A DNA stretch of 64,000 bases from Histomonas meleagridis 2922-C6/04-290x (lineage: Eukaryota; Protista; Parabasalia). Each line of letters begins with the position of its first letter. The first letter of the stretch is position 1. The DNA is taken from the NCBI GenBank assembly GCA_020184695.1, contig JAANOX010000081.1, positions 248,001 through 312,000 on the forward strand, in the 5' to 3' direction. The position numbers and the translations under genes are program-made. Below the pieces are notes generated by a model that saw only the letters and a list, made by a program, of their open reading frames with translations, did not search any database and had not been told where the DNA came from. Shown here one piece after another: positions 11,388 through 26,200 of the stretch.

Positions 11388-12999
11388 CCCAAAAGCTGAA
11401 AGGCTGTATCAAACAAACTAAGTCAAATTCTGTTTTTTACAATAGAATTCTTTTAATCACACGATGTGAACAACTTTATAATTCGTATTTGCAAATTTAA
11501 TTTTTATATACCAAAAGTAATTATTCTCTCATTATCTTTCAATTATCAAAAATCATAAATTTTTTGATTTATTTCAAAAATGTAATTTAATATCCCAAAA
11601 AAGGGACAAACTTATGTGATTCTATTGGTCGTGTTAAATTTTTACCAACAGATTATCAGCAATTTGGAAAAGATGATGTGTAAGTTTTAACGTTCAATAC
11701 ATGAGGCATCTTTATCAAGCGTAAAAAACATATAAATAGACGATAATTATTGTATTAATACAATTCATATTGTGAATTATTTCTTGGACATATAATTTTT
11801 CGAAAATTAGCGTTCAGTGAGAAACGGTTTTGACTGATCTCAACAAGTTCTCTCTTTTTCTTTTAACGTAAACAAAAGAAAAGATAATCATTGAAAATTT
11901 GAATTAAAACCAGAAAAAATTGATTCGTAGCGGCACTCTATTGTCAGATGGCACAATTCAAAATTGAAAGAACTTAACCCACCGCTAAAATATTTTTTGG
12001 TGCTCTCCCGCGTGTGCAAAGGATTACACGTCTCAATCAGCATATTTGTTTTATTTAAATTCGCTAGCTTTAATATAAAGTGACCTATATTCAGATATTG
12101 AAAAGAATTATTGGTTTAATTTCAAAATTTTCAAAAACGTCATATTTACTGTTGTTATTTTACTACGGATGATACTTACTTTTGTTTCTCACTCCTGATA
12201 ATCAACTGCAGTACTTTATAGTTCAATCTTTAAGTTTACATTAATTTTTTCTTAATTTATAATTGGCACAAAGATTACACATGATTTTGACATTTTGATC
12301 TCTTGAATTTATTGACAATATACGAATGATTAATGAATCTGTTATCATAAAACTTAAAAATCAAGATAAATAGCAATCGCGATATTTATTAACATGTTTA
12401 GCTATAACAAGTTGCGTGTGAAGTATCTTTGGTAACTGCATTTTTGACGAAAAAAGATCATATAAATGTATATACATTTCGATGATGTTAATTTTACAGC
12501 GTAATGCGCTTGTTGGAAATTGTTTTTAAAGCATTCTGAGAGCATTGGTGTTATCCTTTAAAGTAGTCATATCACATAAAATTATTAGCATTTTACTCTC
12601 AAATTCAAAAGTTAATATCATTTTAAGTGCTTTAATGGTTAATTCTCACAATCAGTGTTCATAGGTTTTAACTTTCTATACAAGTTATCGAATTTTTTCA
12701 TTTCTGGAATTTTTGTCTCAAATAACCAAAACCGCCAGCTCTCAAAAGTTTACCATTCAAAAACCAGGTAATTCAATATTGGGCGATCAAAATGTTTAAA
12801 CGGCTATTAAAAAGTGACAAAATCTTGTAACGAATAATCACAGAAAATAATCATATGAATTATTAAAATTGAGAGAACACATTGTTTATTTCCACAAATA
12901 TGACGGTTATCCCAAAACAGTCGAAGCACGGTCACAATTTTTTGAAATGTTTACGTCGTATTGTTAATATTGGATTTCCGTCGATCTAAGGATACACCA

Positions 13000-13878
13000 A
13001 TGAACGAAGGTCCAAGTACTCCAGATGAAAAGCCAAAGTGGCCAAAGCCAAAAATAGGAGGCAACCTCAGACATAAATTCACCAAACAAGAAGATGAGAC
13101 ATTAAAGAGAATTGTTCAACAACATGGAGAAGGCAACTGGTCAATAATCGCCTCCTGCATGAAAAATAGAACTGCAAGGCAATGTCGCGAGAGGTACAAG
13201 AACTACTTATCTCCAAACATAAAAAATGATCCTTGGTCTCCAGAGGAAGAATTACTTCTTGAGGAAAAGTATGCTGAACTCGGACCAAGGTGGGCCAAGA
13301 TTGCTTTGTATTTTGAGAATCGTTCCGATGTCAATGTGAAAAATCATTGGACAGCAATGACGAACAGACAAAACAGAGAGAAAATGCTTGACCAAAGCAG
13401 AGAAGAACCTCATCAGCCTCACTTAGTTTCATTAATACCAATATATCCAACTAATCAAATGATTCAAATTCCACAAGCGGCTCTCTACCAGCAACTTCCT
13501 ATGCAATCAATTCAAGCAATACAGGTTAGCTCTTACCCACGAATGGCACCAATTGGCGTACCACCGTCAATGTATCAATATAATCCAAATATGTTTCCGC
13601 AAGGTAACATGCCTCCAGTGGTCCAGCAAAGTGTCCCTCCTTACAAAGGAAGCAACGTTGCTGTGACCAGTCGGGCTGAGGCTCATCATCCAACTCACAA
13701 AATCGCGAGATTGGTTGAGAGTGCCAACCAGCCCATGAACCAACAAATAGAGCCACCCAAAGCAAACGAAATTCACCCCGTGAACGTAGATATTAGAGAT
13801 GAGGACTTTCAAGATTTAGATTTTTCATTCAATTTCGATGCATCATTCGATGAAACCTTTGACATATTCAATTTTTGA
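13000..13878 (+). CDS. R2R3 Myb-like transcription factor with P/Q-rich C-terminus
   Basis: RHKFTKQEDETL...WSIIASCMKNRTARQCRERYKNYL and DPWSPEEELLL...GPRWAKIA...RSDVNVKNHW; first ATG at 13000. Confidence 0.93.
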   Translation: MNEGPSTPDEKPKWPKPKIGGNLRHKFTKQEDETLKRIVQQHGEGNWSIIASCMKNRTARQCRERYKNYLSPNIKNDPWSPEEELLLEEKYAELGPRWAKIALYFENRSDVNVKNHWTAMTNRQNREKMLDQSREEPHQPHLVSLIPIYPTNQMIQIPQAALYQQLPMQSIQAIQVSSYPRMAPIGVPPSMYQYNPNMFPQGNMPPVVQQSVPPYKGSNVAVTSRAEAHHPTHKIARLVESANQPMNQQIEPPKANEIHPVNVDIRDEDFQDLDFSFNFDASFDETFDIFNF

Positions 13879-14261
13879 ATTCGATTACAATAAAGATAGA
13901 ATTCTTAGAAACTTTCACTGTTTTTTTTTTTAAAAAATTCTGATTTTTTGGAAAACATTCCAACCTAGTGCCTTCTCCTGCTTGAAATCGACACTGTGGC
14001 TTCACGCAGCTCAAATTGCTTTTGTTTTTATCCAAACAATTGGAAAATCTTCTTGAGTCAGATGATTCAATTTCATGGCCGTAAAAAAAAAATCAATAAT
14101 TTTGACCAATAACAAACCATTTGCTATTGTGTTAATTACAATAAATATATTCGTTTAGCTTGGGAAAGTAAAATTTTTTACTCTAAAATTGATAACCGCT
14201 GTCAAAATTCGGAAATGGCGGTTTGTACGTTGTGTGTGTGAATTCGTTATTTATTTTTTGA

Positions 14262-17200
14262 ATGGCTGACCCTCGAATTAACTTTCTTTGGGTAAAACTC
14301 AAAGATGTCATGAATTACACGCAATCAGAAGTCGAAAATTGGTCACGAACTATACCAGCCGAAAAAATGAAAATGATATTAGATTTTTTTTCAGATAATG
14401 ATAAGAACGCTCTTTTTATTTTTGTTACATCCCGTTCACCATTAGAAGCTACAATTTCAGATGATCCAAAAGAATATCCTGGAAAAGATTGCATTTTTGT
14501 TCCGTACTTTTTAAAAGTTGAACAAGTTAAAACGGGAATCACGCCAAGTAACATTGAAAATGTTCTATCATGCGGTGTAATTATAGGAGATCCAGTTGAA
14601 TCTTTTCATACGATGTTTACTAATTCATATAAACATGTACTTCAACAATCCATCACACATTGTGACACGGATGTTGATCAAAAAGAACTTAACCAATTAG
14701 TATCAGTCATCGAACGTAAATCAGAAACAGTATCACAAACAATCGCAGCCACAAGGAAAGCCATTATTCTTGAGCCACCAAATCCATTAGGTGTTGGACT
14801 TGATTCCAATTTTATCTTATCAGCCGCACGAGATGATCAAATATGTACACGGTTTGCCGCGTCACTTCAACAATGGTGTTCACAAATCCAATCACTTTTA
14901 TCTGTCACAGAACAAGTTCGACAAGAAGATGAAAACAGTGGTCCACGTGCTGAAATGGATTATTGGCGTGAGCGGATGTCAATTTTTTCATCACTCATTG
15001 AATCCATCAAATCACAACCGACTCGTATCGTCATTTCAGTTTTAAAAGCCGCCAAACATCCCAGCATTACATTATGGAATGAACTTGACATCAAGATTAC
15101 CGAGTCAGCTAATGAAGCGAAAGACAATGTTAAATATCTCTCATCGTTAGAGAAATATACCGAATTATTATATGTTTTAGATCCACCAGGTATTAATGAA
15201 ATAGTACCAGGTTTAATATCAAGTGTATCAATGGTACATAGTATTTCACGATATTATAAATCATCACAACGAATTTGTACATTACTTAAAAAGGTTACAA
15301 ATCAAATGATTAATGCATGTTGTAAATATATTAATAATGGAGGATTACTTCATGAACAAGATCGTAATGAATTAATTAAGAAATTCCAAGAAAGTATCGA
15401 CTTAAATAAGAAATATCAAGAAGTATATGATGGAACAATGAAGAAGAAAGTAGTACCTGAAAATGAAGAAGGGACTGAACGAATCCTTAAAACACATTAT
15501 ATAATATTTGGGAAATTCGATACGTTTTCAGAACGTTGTTCAACATTAATACAATTATTTACTACAATTGATCAATATAATAAATTAAAAGATTGTCGAA
15601 TTGAAGGGATATCTTCAATTGTCGAAAACTTTAAACTGAATGATGATTTTACTATTCGATCGAATAATGAATCATTATTAAATCCACGGAATGAAAAGTT
15701 TAATTCTAATTATGAAAACTTTAAAGTTCAATGTTCAAATGAAGATGTAAAGTTACGGAAATGTATATCAAATGCATTTTCAGTAACGAAAACAGTACAA
15801 ATCGAACTTGAATTATATGAATCATTAAAAAAGACTATGACACGTGAAGAAGGGAAAATCGAATTAGAAATATGGTTTAAACATGCAATACAACGTTATA
15901 ATGAAGATTTAGATAATGTACGAATTTGGTTCACACAACAAAATGAAAACCCACCAATACCTAAGAACTTACCACCAATCACTGGTAAGATTGCATGGGT
16001 TCGCCAATTAATATCACGTATTAATAACCCAATGGAAATAATACGTAAATATGATTCGATCTTTCAAAATGATAAACAAAAGAAAATGGTAACTAATTTT
16101 AATAAGCTATTAACACAATTACTTACATATGAAAAGAAATGTCAAAACCAATTTAATGAAGCAGCATTATTATTAAAGAAAGAAATGCAAAACACTTTAC
16201 TTAAAGTTAATTCGAATAATAATTTAACAGTAAACTTCTCACAAGATGTAATGTCAATATTTCAAGAAGCAAATGTATTCCAACGATTAGGATTTCAATT
16301 ACCAAAAGGATTTGATACTTTATTAACACAAGAACAACATTTAAAGAATTGTCGATTAGAATTAATGAATTTATTAAATCGATATGAAAATATTATTGAA
16401 CAAATCCATGATTCATTTGAAGAATTATTTTCTAATGCTAAAACACATTTAGATAATATAATTGAACCTGGAGGTCAAACATTAACATGGAGTTCATTAA
16501 GTATTGATAAATATTTAGAAACATTAAAAGTCGAAATTAATAAAATTGAAGAAGCTATTAATAAAGTTAATGATATTCGGAAATATTCAATTAATAAATC
16601 ATTACAAGAAATTATTAATACAAGTTTAATACCAGATTTCAAAGAGCCAATTTTAGATAGTAATGATTTAATAGATAAAGTTAAAGTCGATGCAATTGAA
16701 GCAGGCAAACATATTAATGCACATGTACAATCAATACAATCAAGTGTATGTGAAATATTAACAATCATTTCTGAAATATCTGAAATCGGAATTAAAAAAG
16801 AAGATGGTAAAGATTATATATATCAATTATTAAAAGATGATAATATAATGGTAGTATGGACACGTCCAGTTTTTATGTTATTTAAGATGTATGATGGAAT
16901 GACTTATCGAGCAATATTAAAATGTTTTAAGAACTCAATATATAAATTAATTAATATGTTAACTAATAATAATAATAATTATCAAACTTTATTTTATACT
17001 GAATTAAAACCTACTTTTCCTGAATTAACTATTCAACCAAATTTAAATGACTTACAACAAACTTTAAATGAAGTAGTAAAAAGTATGTTAAATTCTACAA
17101 AAGAAATTCAAACTTGGCCTACGACAATGTTTGAAAGTACTTTATTAGAACAAAATAATACTGAAGCTAATTTAGTAGAAAAAGAACATTTAGAACAAGA

Positions 17201-20200
17201 TTTAATTGATGACGTAGATAATAATCAAGAAGAAGATGATTTAATACCTGCACAAGAACATGATATACATCCAAAGAATTATTTCACAATCATTACAAGA
17301 GATAATATAGGTATAGCTTTATTAATATCAATGACAAATAAAATGCAAATATTTGAAACTAAAATTAATGAATATATATTAAAGATATCACAATTTTCAA
17401 AGAATTGGGAAAATGAAAATGAAAATACTAAAGATTTAGATAATAAAGAATTAACAATACGAGAAATTAAAGAACAAATGGATAAATATCTTACGTTAGA
17501 AATTAATATTGAATCAATCGAAGAAAAGAATCGAATTGGACCAATATTATTAAATTGTGAATGTGTTAAACAAGCATTAATTAGTGAAGCCAAGAAATAT
17601 AAACAAAAATATGGTGATTTACTTAATAAAATAGGAAGACAAAATATGATTAAATTAAGTGATTTCATGGAAAAGATGAAAATATCATTATCAAAGAATA
17701 TTACAAGTTTAGAAGATTTACGAATAGCTATGGAATCATTACAACAAGTTCGAAGTATGGAATCTGAAATAGATATTCAAATGGAACCTATTGATGAATC
17801 TTATACATTATTAAATAAATATAATATAATTATACCACAAGAAGAATTAGAACAATATGAAGGATTAACTTATAATTGGAAGAAACTTCGAGATTTAGAA
17901 CAACAACAACAAGAAATATTACAAAAAGTATCGCCACAATTTAAAGATCAAGTAATTGAAGGAATGGATCAATTCTTAATTGACTTTAAAGCATTCATTA
18001 AAACTTATAATGAAGAAGGTCCAATGGTTCCAGGATTAAAACCTGCAGAAGCATCAGAAAGATTAAAAATATTTCAACATCAATTTGATAATTTCCAAAA
18101 GAGATGGGAAACTTATTCTGGTGGACAAAAACTTTTTGGTTTACCTTTAACTAAATTACCCGAACTTGATGAATTATCGAAACAATTTAAATATCTTAAT
18201 CAATTATATGGGCTTTATAATGAAGTTAATAGTTATACTAGAGGTATTCGAGATGTATTATGGGTTAATGTTAAATTTGAAGAAATCGAAGAAATTATGA
18301 GTGAATTCCAAAAGAAAGCTCAACATTTAACTATGAAAGATTGGGCTGCTTATCAAGATTTACAACAAAAAATCGATAATTTCGTGGAAACTATGCCTTT
18401 ATTACAACAATTATCTAATCCTGCAGTCCATGAATGTCATTGGAAACAAATCATTGAAATAACAGGTTGTGAAATAGATACAGATCCTGATGTATTTCGA
18501 CTTGGACATGTATTTAATGCAGGTTTATTAGAACATAAAGATGAAGTCGAAAGTATTTGTAGCGCTGCTATTGAAGAAGCTAAAATCTTTGCTAAACTTA
18601 AAGAAATTGAATCAGAATGGCAAACAACAGAATTTACATTTGCTAACTTTAAAGATATGAAAGATGTATTATTAAAAGGAGCTGAAACTAATGAAATAGT
18701 TACCAAAATTGAAGATTCTGTTATTATATTATCATCATTAAATTCAAATCGTTTTGTAGGTAGATTTAAAAAAGAAGTTGAATTATGGATGAAAAAACTT
18801 ACAACTTCAAGTTCTGTAATAGCAGAATGGTTACAAGTACAATCAATGTGGATATATTTAGAAGCAGTATTTAGTGGTGGTGATATTGCACGTTATATGA
18901 CACATGAAACTAAAGCATTTTCACAAATTAATAAGAATTGGTTAACTGTTATGAAGAATGCTAATGATATTAAAAATGTTATTTCTGTATGTTCAGGTGA
19001 TGAAGGATTAAATAAATTATTTTCACATTTATTAGAACAATTACAAAAATGTCAAAAAGCTTTAGCAGGTTATATCGAGAAGAAACGTTCTGCATTTCCA
19101 AGGTTTTATTTTGTATCTGATCCAGTTATCTTAGAAATATTAGGACAAGCTTCAAATCCTCAAGCAATTCAACCACATTTACAATCAATATTTGATAACT
19201 TAGTACATTTAGATTTCGATCAATTACAATTTAATAAAGTTTTAGGATTCCAATCAGCAGAAGGTGAAAAAGTACAATTTACTAATCCATTTTTAGCTCA
19301 AGGTAATGTTGAAGTATGGTTAAATGATTTAGTCCAAAGAATGAGACAAACTATTAGAGATATTTGTAGTGACATGTCACAACAAGTAATGAAATTTGAT
19401 ACTGAAAAATGGGTATATGGTAAATATCCTACACAAGTATTACTTTTATCAATGATGATCTGGTGGACTGAAAAGACAGAAGATTCATTAAATAGAACAA
19501 ATGGTAAAAATAAGAAAATATTAAATGAAACTTTACAAGAATTCGAAAGTCGATTTAAAGAACTTATTAAAATCTCAGGAAGTTTAGATAAAACTGATAA
19601 ACTTAAATCTTTACATGTCGAAGTATTAATTACATTATTTTTACATAACTTAGAAATTTATCGACAATTAATTCAATCCGGTATTACATCTTCAAGACAT
19701 TTTGATTGGCAAAAACAAATGCGTTATTATTGGCAAGTCGAAGGACGTAAATGTATAATATCTATAACAGATGTTGATCGAGAATATTCATATGAATATT
19801 TAGGTTGTACTTCACGTTTAGTAATTACACCATTAACTGATCGATGTTATATTACATTAGCTCAAGCTTTAGGATTATCTATGGGTGGTTCACCTGCAGG
19901 TCCAGCAGGTACAGGTAAGACAGAAACAGTTAAAGATATGGCTAAAGCTTTAGGTATTATGTGTGTTGTCTTTAATTGTTCTGATCAAATGAATTATCAA
20001 GCATTAGGTCGAATCTTTAGAGGTTTAGCACAATCAGGTGTATGGGGTGATTTTGATGAATTTAATCGTATAGAATTAGATGTATTATCAGTAGCAGCAC
20101 AACAAGTTTCATGTATCTTTAATGCTTGTCGAGAACGTCAACGAATGTTTAAATTTACTGATGGGAATTTAGTCGAATTAGATAATCGAGTTGGTATATT

Positions 20201-23200
20201 TATTACTATGAATCCTGGTTATGCAGGTCGTCAAGAATTACCAGAAAACTTAAAAATACAATTTAGAATGGTAGCTATGATGGTACCAGATGTTCGATTA
20301 ATCATGAAAGTTAAATTAGCTTCAAGTGGTTTTAGTAAGTATGAAGAACTTTCAGATAAATTCGCATTATTATATCAATTATGTAGTGAACAATTATCAA
20401 AACAAGTACATTATGATTGGGGCTTAAGGAATATTTTAAGTGTTTTAAGGTTTTCTAAAGAAGTTCGATCTTCAATTATAGGTAATGTTAATGAACCACA
20501 ATTATTAATGAAAGTATTACAAAATATGAACTTATCAAAACTTGTTGATGATGATGAACCTTTATTTAAAGCTCTTTTATCAGATGTATTTACTGGTATT
20601 AATATTAATCCTTCAGTCCAAGAAATTAAAGAAATCATTAAAAATAAGGCTATTGAAGATGGATTAGAACCATTTAATGAATGGTTAAATAAAGTTATAC
20701 AATTATATGAAACTTGTGAAGTTAGACATGGTATAATGATATTAGGTAATTCAGGAAGTGGTAAAACTTCTATTATTAAAACATTAGTTAAAAGTTTATG
20801 TGAATTTAATGGTCCACATAAATTAATTAAAATGAATCCAAAAGCTATTACATCATCACAAATGTTTGGTATTTTAGATCCTTCTTCTAATGATTGGACT
20901 GATGGAATCTTTTCTGCTTTATGGAGAATAGCTTGTAAGAAAACTAATGAAAATGTTTGGATAGAATTAGATGGTCCTGTAGATGCTATATGGATAGAAA
21001 ACTTAAATTCTGTTTTAGATGATAATAAAACTTTAACTTTAGCGAATGGTGATAGATTACCTATGCCTAACACTGTTAAATTATTATTTGAAGTATCTTC
21101 ATTAGATAACGCTTCTCCTGCTACTGTATCACGTGCAGGTATGATTTATGTCCCTGCTCATATATTAGGTTGGAAACCTTTAGCTCAAGCTTGGATACAA
21201 CGAATTAAGAAAAATATAATTGGACAAAAAGAAGAAATCGAAATTTTAATGAAAGAATATCCGAATTTAATTAATTCTTTAGAAAAAGTATTTAATTTTA
21301 TACCTAAGAATTTACAATTTATTATGAAAACTTCAGAAGTACAAATTATTACAACTTTATTAGATTTATTTGAATCATTAATTACTAATAAAGATGATGA
21401 TGGTTATGGTAAATTAATTATTACTAATCCTGAATTATTAAGGAAATTAATGATATTTTCTACAATTTGGTCAATTGGTGGATTTATAGATAATGAAAAT
21501 CGTATTAAATTATCGAAATTTATATGTAAAGAAAATGTTAATTTATTACCAAATGATATTAATCAAGATAAAATATTTAATTATGTTGTCGATGTCGAAA
21601 AAGGTGATTGGATTAATTGGGAAACTTGTATTAAAGATTATAATTATCCTATTAAAGGTGAAACACCTGAATTTTCTACAATATTAATACCTACAATTGA
21701 AAACACACAAATTGAATATTTATTAAAACTATTATCTAATAATAATAAATCTTGTTTATTATTTGGTGATTCAGGTACAGCTAAAACAGCTACAATTAAT
21801 TCATTTTTAAAGTCATTTAATAAAGATAAATGGACCACTAAAACATTTAATTTCTCTTCTGCTACTACACCTTATTTATTCCAAACTTCAATACAATCTA
21901 TAGTAGAAAAAACTATTGGTTCTACTTATGGACCAATTGGAGGTAAACGAATGGAAGTATTTATTGATGATATTTCTATGCCATTAATTAATGAATGGGG
22001 TGATCAAGTTACTAATGAAATCGTACGACAATTAATGGAAGAACATGGATTTTATTCATTAGAAAAACCAGGAGAATTTATTACTATCATTAAAACACAA
22101 TTTTTAGCTGCAATGTGTACACCTGGAGGAGGTAGAAATGATATTCCAAGTCGATTAAAACGACATTTTAATATCTTTTATTATACAATGCCTGATTCTA
22201 ATTCAATTGAACGAATATATTCAACAATATTAAAAGGGTATTTTACTAATGAACGAGGATTTTCAAATCAAATCATTAGTTTAATTGATAATTGTGTTAA
22301 ATCAATTTATGATGTATGGACTCAAACTAAACAAAAAATGTTACCAACACCAACTAAATTCCATTATGTATTTAATTTAAGAGATTTATCTCGTGTAACT
22401 CAAGGTATTATTCAAGCTACACCTCAAACTATTAATAATTCGGAATTATTTGTTTCTTTATTTGCACATGAATGTATGAGAGTTTTTAATGATAAATTCA
22501 TTAATAATGATGATAAAAATTGGTTTTATAATACATTAATTAAAATTGGTGTCGAAAACTTTGGTGAAAATTATGAAAATGTATTAAGTGAATCAAATAA
22601 AACTTTATTCTGTTCATTTATGTCTGATATTGATTATACACAATATGAAGATATTGATGATAATTTAATACCACGATTATATGAAAAAGTAAATACTTTT
22701 GATGCATTAAATCAACGTTGTATCGAATTTATGAAACAACATAATTCTAAACCTAATACTAAAGGTCAAAAATTAGATTTAGTCTTATTTGATGATGCTA
22801 TGAATCATTTAATACGTATTTCACGTATTATTGGATTACCTTATGGACATGCTTTATTAGTAGGTGTAGGAGGTTCAGGTAAACAATCATTAACTAAATT
22901 AGCTTCAACTATTTTAGGATATACTATATTCCAAATATCACCTGGACGAAATTATAATACAAATGATTTCTTATCTGATATTCGAGATTTATATCGTAGA
23001 ACAGGTGTACAAAATAAACCTACGACATTTATATTTACTGATAATGAAGTTAAACAAGAATCATTTTTAGAATATATTAATAATATGTTAACTACTGGTG
23101 AAATAGCTAATTTATTTACACGTGATAATTATGAAACTTTAATGAGTGATTTACGACAAATATTTTATAAAGAAAAAAGAAATGAAGTTGATACTGATGA

Positions 23201-26200
23201 AAATGTTTGGGATTTCTTTATAAAAAGAGTTAAACGGAATTTACATATAGTATTATGTTTTTCACCAGTAGGTGAACAATTTAGACAACGTAACTTAAAG
23301 TTCCCAGGATTATTTAATTGTTGTACTATCGATTGGTTTACACATTGGCCTCATCAAGGTTTAGTATCAGTAGCTTATAATTTCATATCTTCTATTAATA
23401 TAGTAACATCACAAAATAATGATATTAAAGATAATTTAAGTGAATGTTTTGCTGATATTCATGAATCAGTAAATGAAAGTTGTGAAGATTATTTCTCTAG
23501 ATTTAGAAGAAGAACTTTTGTTACTCCTAAATCTTATTTATCATTCTTAAATTCATTTAAATCTTTATATAATTCACAATTAACTAAAATACAAAATGAT
23601 GCTTCAAGAATGAAAGAAGGTTTAGAAAAGATTCGTGAAGCTAAAGATCAAGTAGCTATAATGAAAGGAGAACTTGTTGAACAAGAAAATCAATTATCAA
23701 TAGCACAACAACATGCACAACAAATGTTAGAAGGTTTAACTGTTAAAAGAAATGAAGCAGAGAATCAAAGACAAGAAGTCCAATTAATTAAAGAAGAACA
23801 ACAAAAAGAAGCCGAGAAAATTAAGAAGATTCAAGAAGAAGCTCAACATGAATTAGAATTAGCTGAACCTGCATTACAAAGAGCTACTGCAGCATTAAAT
23901 TCAATATATCCAAATGATATTACTGAAATTGCAGGTTATGCAAGTCCACCACAATTATTAAAGCGTATAATTGATGGTGTATCTATTTTAAGATATATGA
24001 AATTAGATCCTTATCAAGCAGAAATACAAAAATGTAAAACTCATGATGGAGAAGTCGAGTTTAATTCTATTGTACCTTCTTGGACAGGTTTAGGTCAAGT
24101 AATGTTAAAATCTTCAGACTTTTTAAAGTCATTAAAGACTTATAACTTAGAATTCATTAATGAAGAAATGTGTGATTTATTACAACCTTATTTAAGAATG
24201 GCTGATTTTAACCCACAAATTGCTGCTTCTTCTTCAAATGCTGCTGCAGGTCTTTGTGCTTGGGTACGTAATATGGTTGAATATCATGAAGTAGAGAAAG
24301 TAGTCCGACCTAAGAAATTAGCAGCTGCTACAGCACAAGCTAATTTAGAACGTGCTCAATTAGAATTAGCTACAATCGAAGCACAATTAGCAGAAAAAGA
24401 AAAAGCATTAGAAGAATTACAAAAAGCTTATGATGATGCTATATTACAACAACAAAAGTTTAAGATTCAAGCCGAAAATACACAAAAGAAATTACATTCA
24501 GCACAAAATTTAATTGAAGCATTATCAGGAGAAAAGACTCGATGGGAAAATGAAGCAGAAACATTAAATGATTCAATCTATAAGACTATAGGTAATGCTA
24601 TTATTGGTAGTGCCTTTAATTCATATTGTGGAATGTTTAATCATATATTTAGAAGAACTTTCTTAAATGAGAAATGGCCTAATTTATTAAGTTTACATAC
24701 AATACCATTTGATTCTACATTAAATATTATATCATTATTTACAAATGAAGCTATTTTAGATCAATGGCAATTACAAGGATTACCATCAGATGAATTATCA
24801 CGTCAAAATGGTATAGTATGTACTAATGCACCAACTTATCCATTCTTAATTGATCCTCAAGGTCAAGCACATCGTTGGATTATTCAACGACATAAAAATG
24901 ATCATTTAGTTATTACAAGTTTTGAAAATCGACATTTTAAGATACATGTTGAAAACGCTATACAAAATGGTTATCCTTTATTAATTGAAGATTGTGGTGA
25001 AGAAATTGATCCTTTACTTGATAATGTATTAGCTAAGAATTATATTAAATCTGGTAAATATACACAAGTATCTTTAGGTGGGAGAGAAGTTACTATGGAA
25101 GAAGGTTTTACTTTATATTTAACTACTAAATTACCAAATCCAAAGTTTTCACCTGAAACATTTGCTAAAACAGCAGTCATCGAATTCTCTGTGACACAAT
25201 TTGGGTTAGAAGAACAATTATTAAATTTGGTGATATTACGAGAGAAAGAAAACTTAGAAAATGAAAGACAACGACTTTTAGAACAAGTTGCAGAATTAAG
25301 AAAGACTTTAATTGATTTAGAGAATTTACTTTTAGAACAATTACGTTCTTCTGAAGGTAACTTATTAGAAAACACTACATTAATTACTACTTTAGCTTCA
25401 ACAAAACAAAAATCACAAGAAAATAAAGAAAGTTTAAACTCTGCAATGGAAACAAATCAAAAGATCACAAAATCGAGAGAAGATTATCGACCAGTTGCTA
25501 TTCGAGGAGCAGTAATATATTTCTTAATACAAGAAATGTCATTAGTTAACCCTATGTATCAAGTTTCATTAGATCAATTTTTAAATAAATTTTATGAATC
25601 GATTGAAAAAGCAGAACCTGATAACTTCCCTAAGAAACGTATTGAAAACATTATTAATACATTAACAGAAACTTGTTGGGCTTATATTATTCGAGGTTTA
25701 TATGAGAAAGATAAATTATTATTCTGTTTACAATTAGCTTTAAAGATTGAAATGTCATTACCACCTGAACAAAATCCAATTGATTTTAATGATTATCAAA
25801 CATTTATTAAAGCTGGTTCTATATTAACAGGTAATGTAACAATTGATGAACAATTACCAGAAATATTTGAACCTGTTCGTGATAATATTATTGCGTTAAG
25901 TAAATTAAATTCATTACGTGGATTTATTTCACATATATCAAGTTCACCTTTAGAATGGACAAAATTAATGACATCTCAAACACCTGAAAATGATCCATTA
26001 CCTAATTTCGGACAAACTAAACAAGAAGATGTTAAACCATTCATACGTGCAATAATAATTCGATGTTTAAGACCTGATAGAGCTATAGCAGCATCACAAA
26101 ATTATATACAACAATTCTTAGGTAAACAATATATGGAATTCCCATCAATATCTATCGATGATATAGCTGTCGAAGCAGGTAATAAGTCACCAATTATATT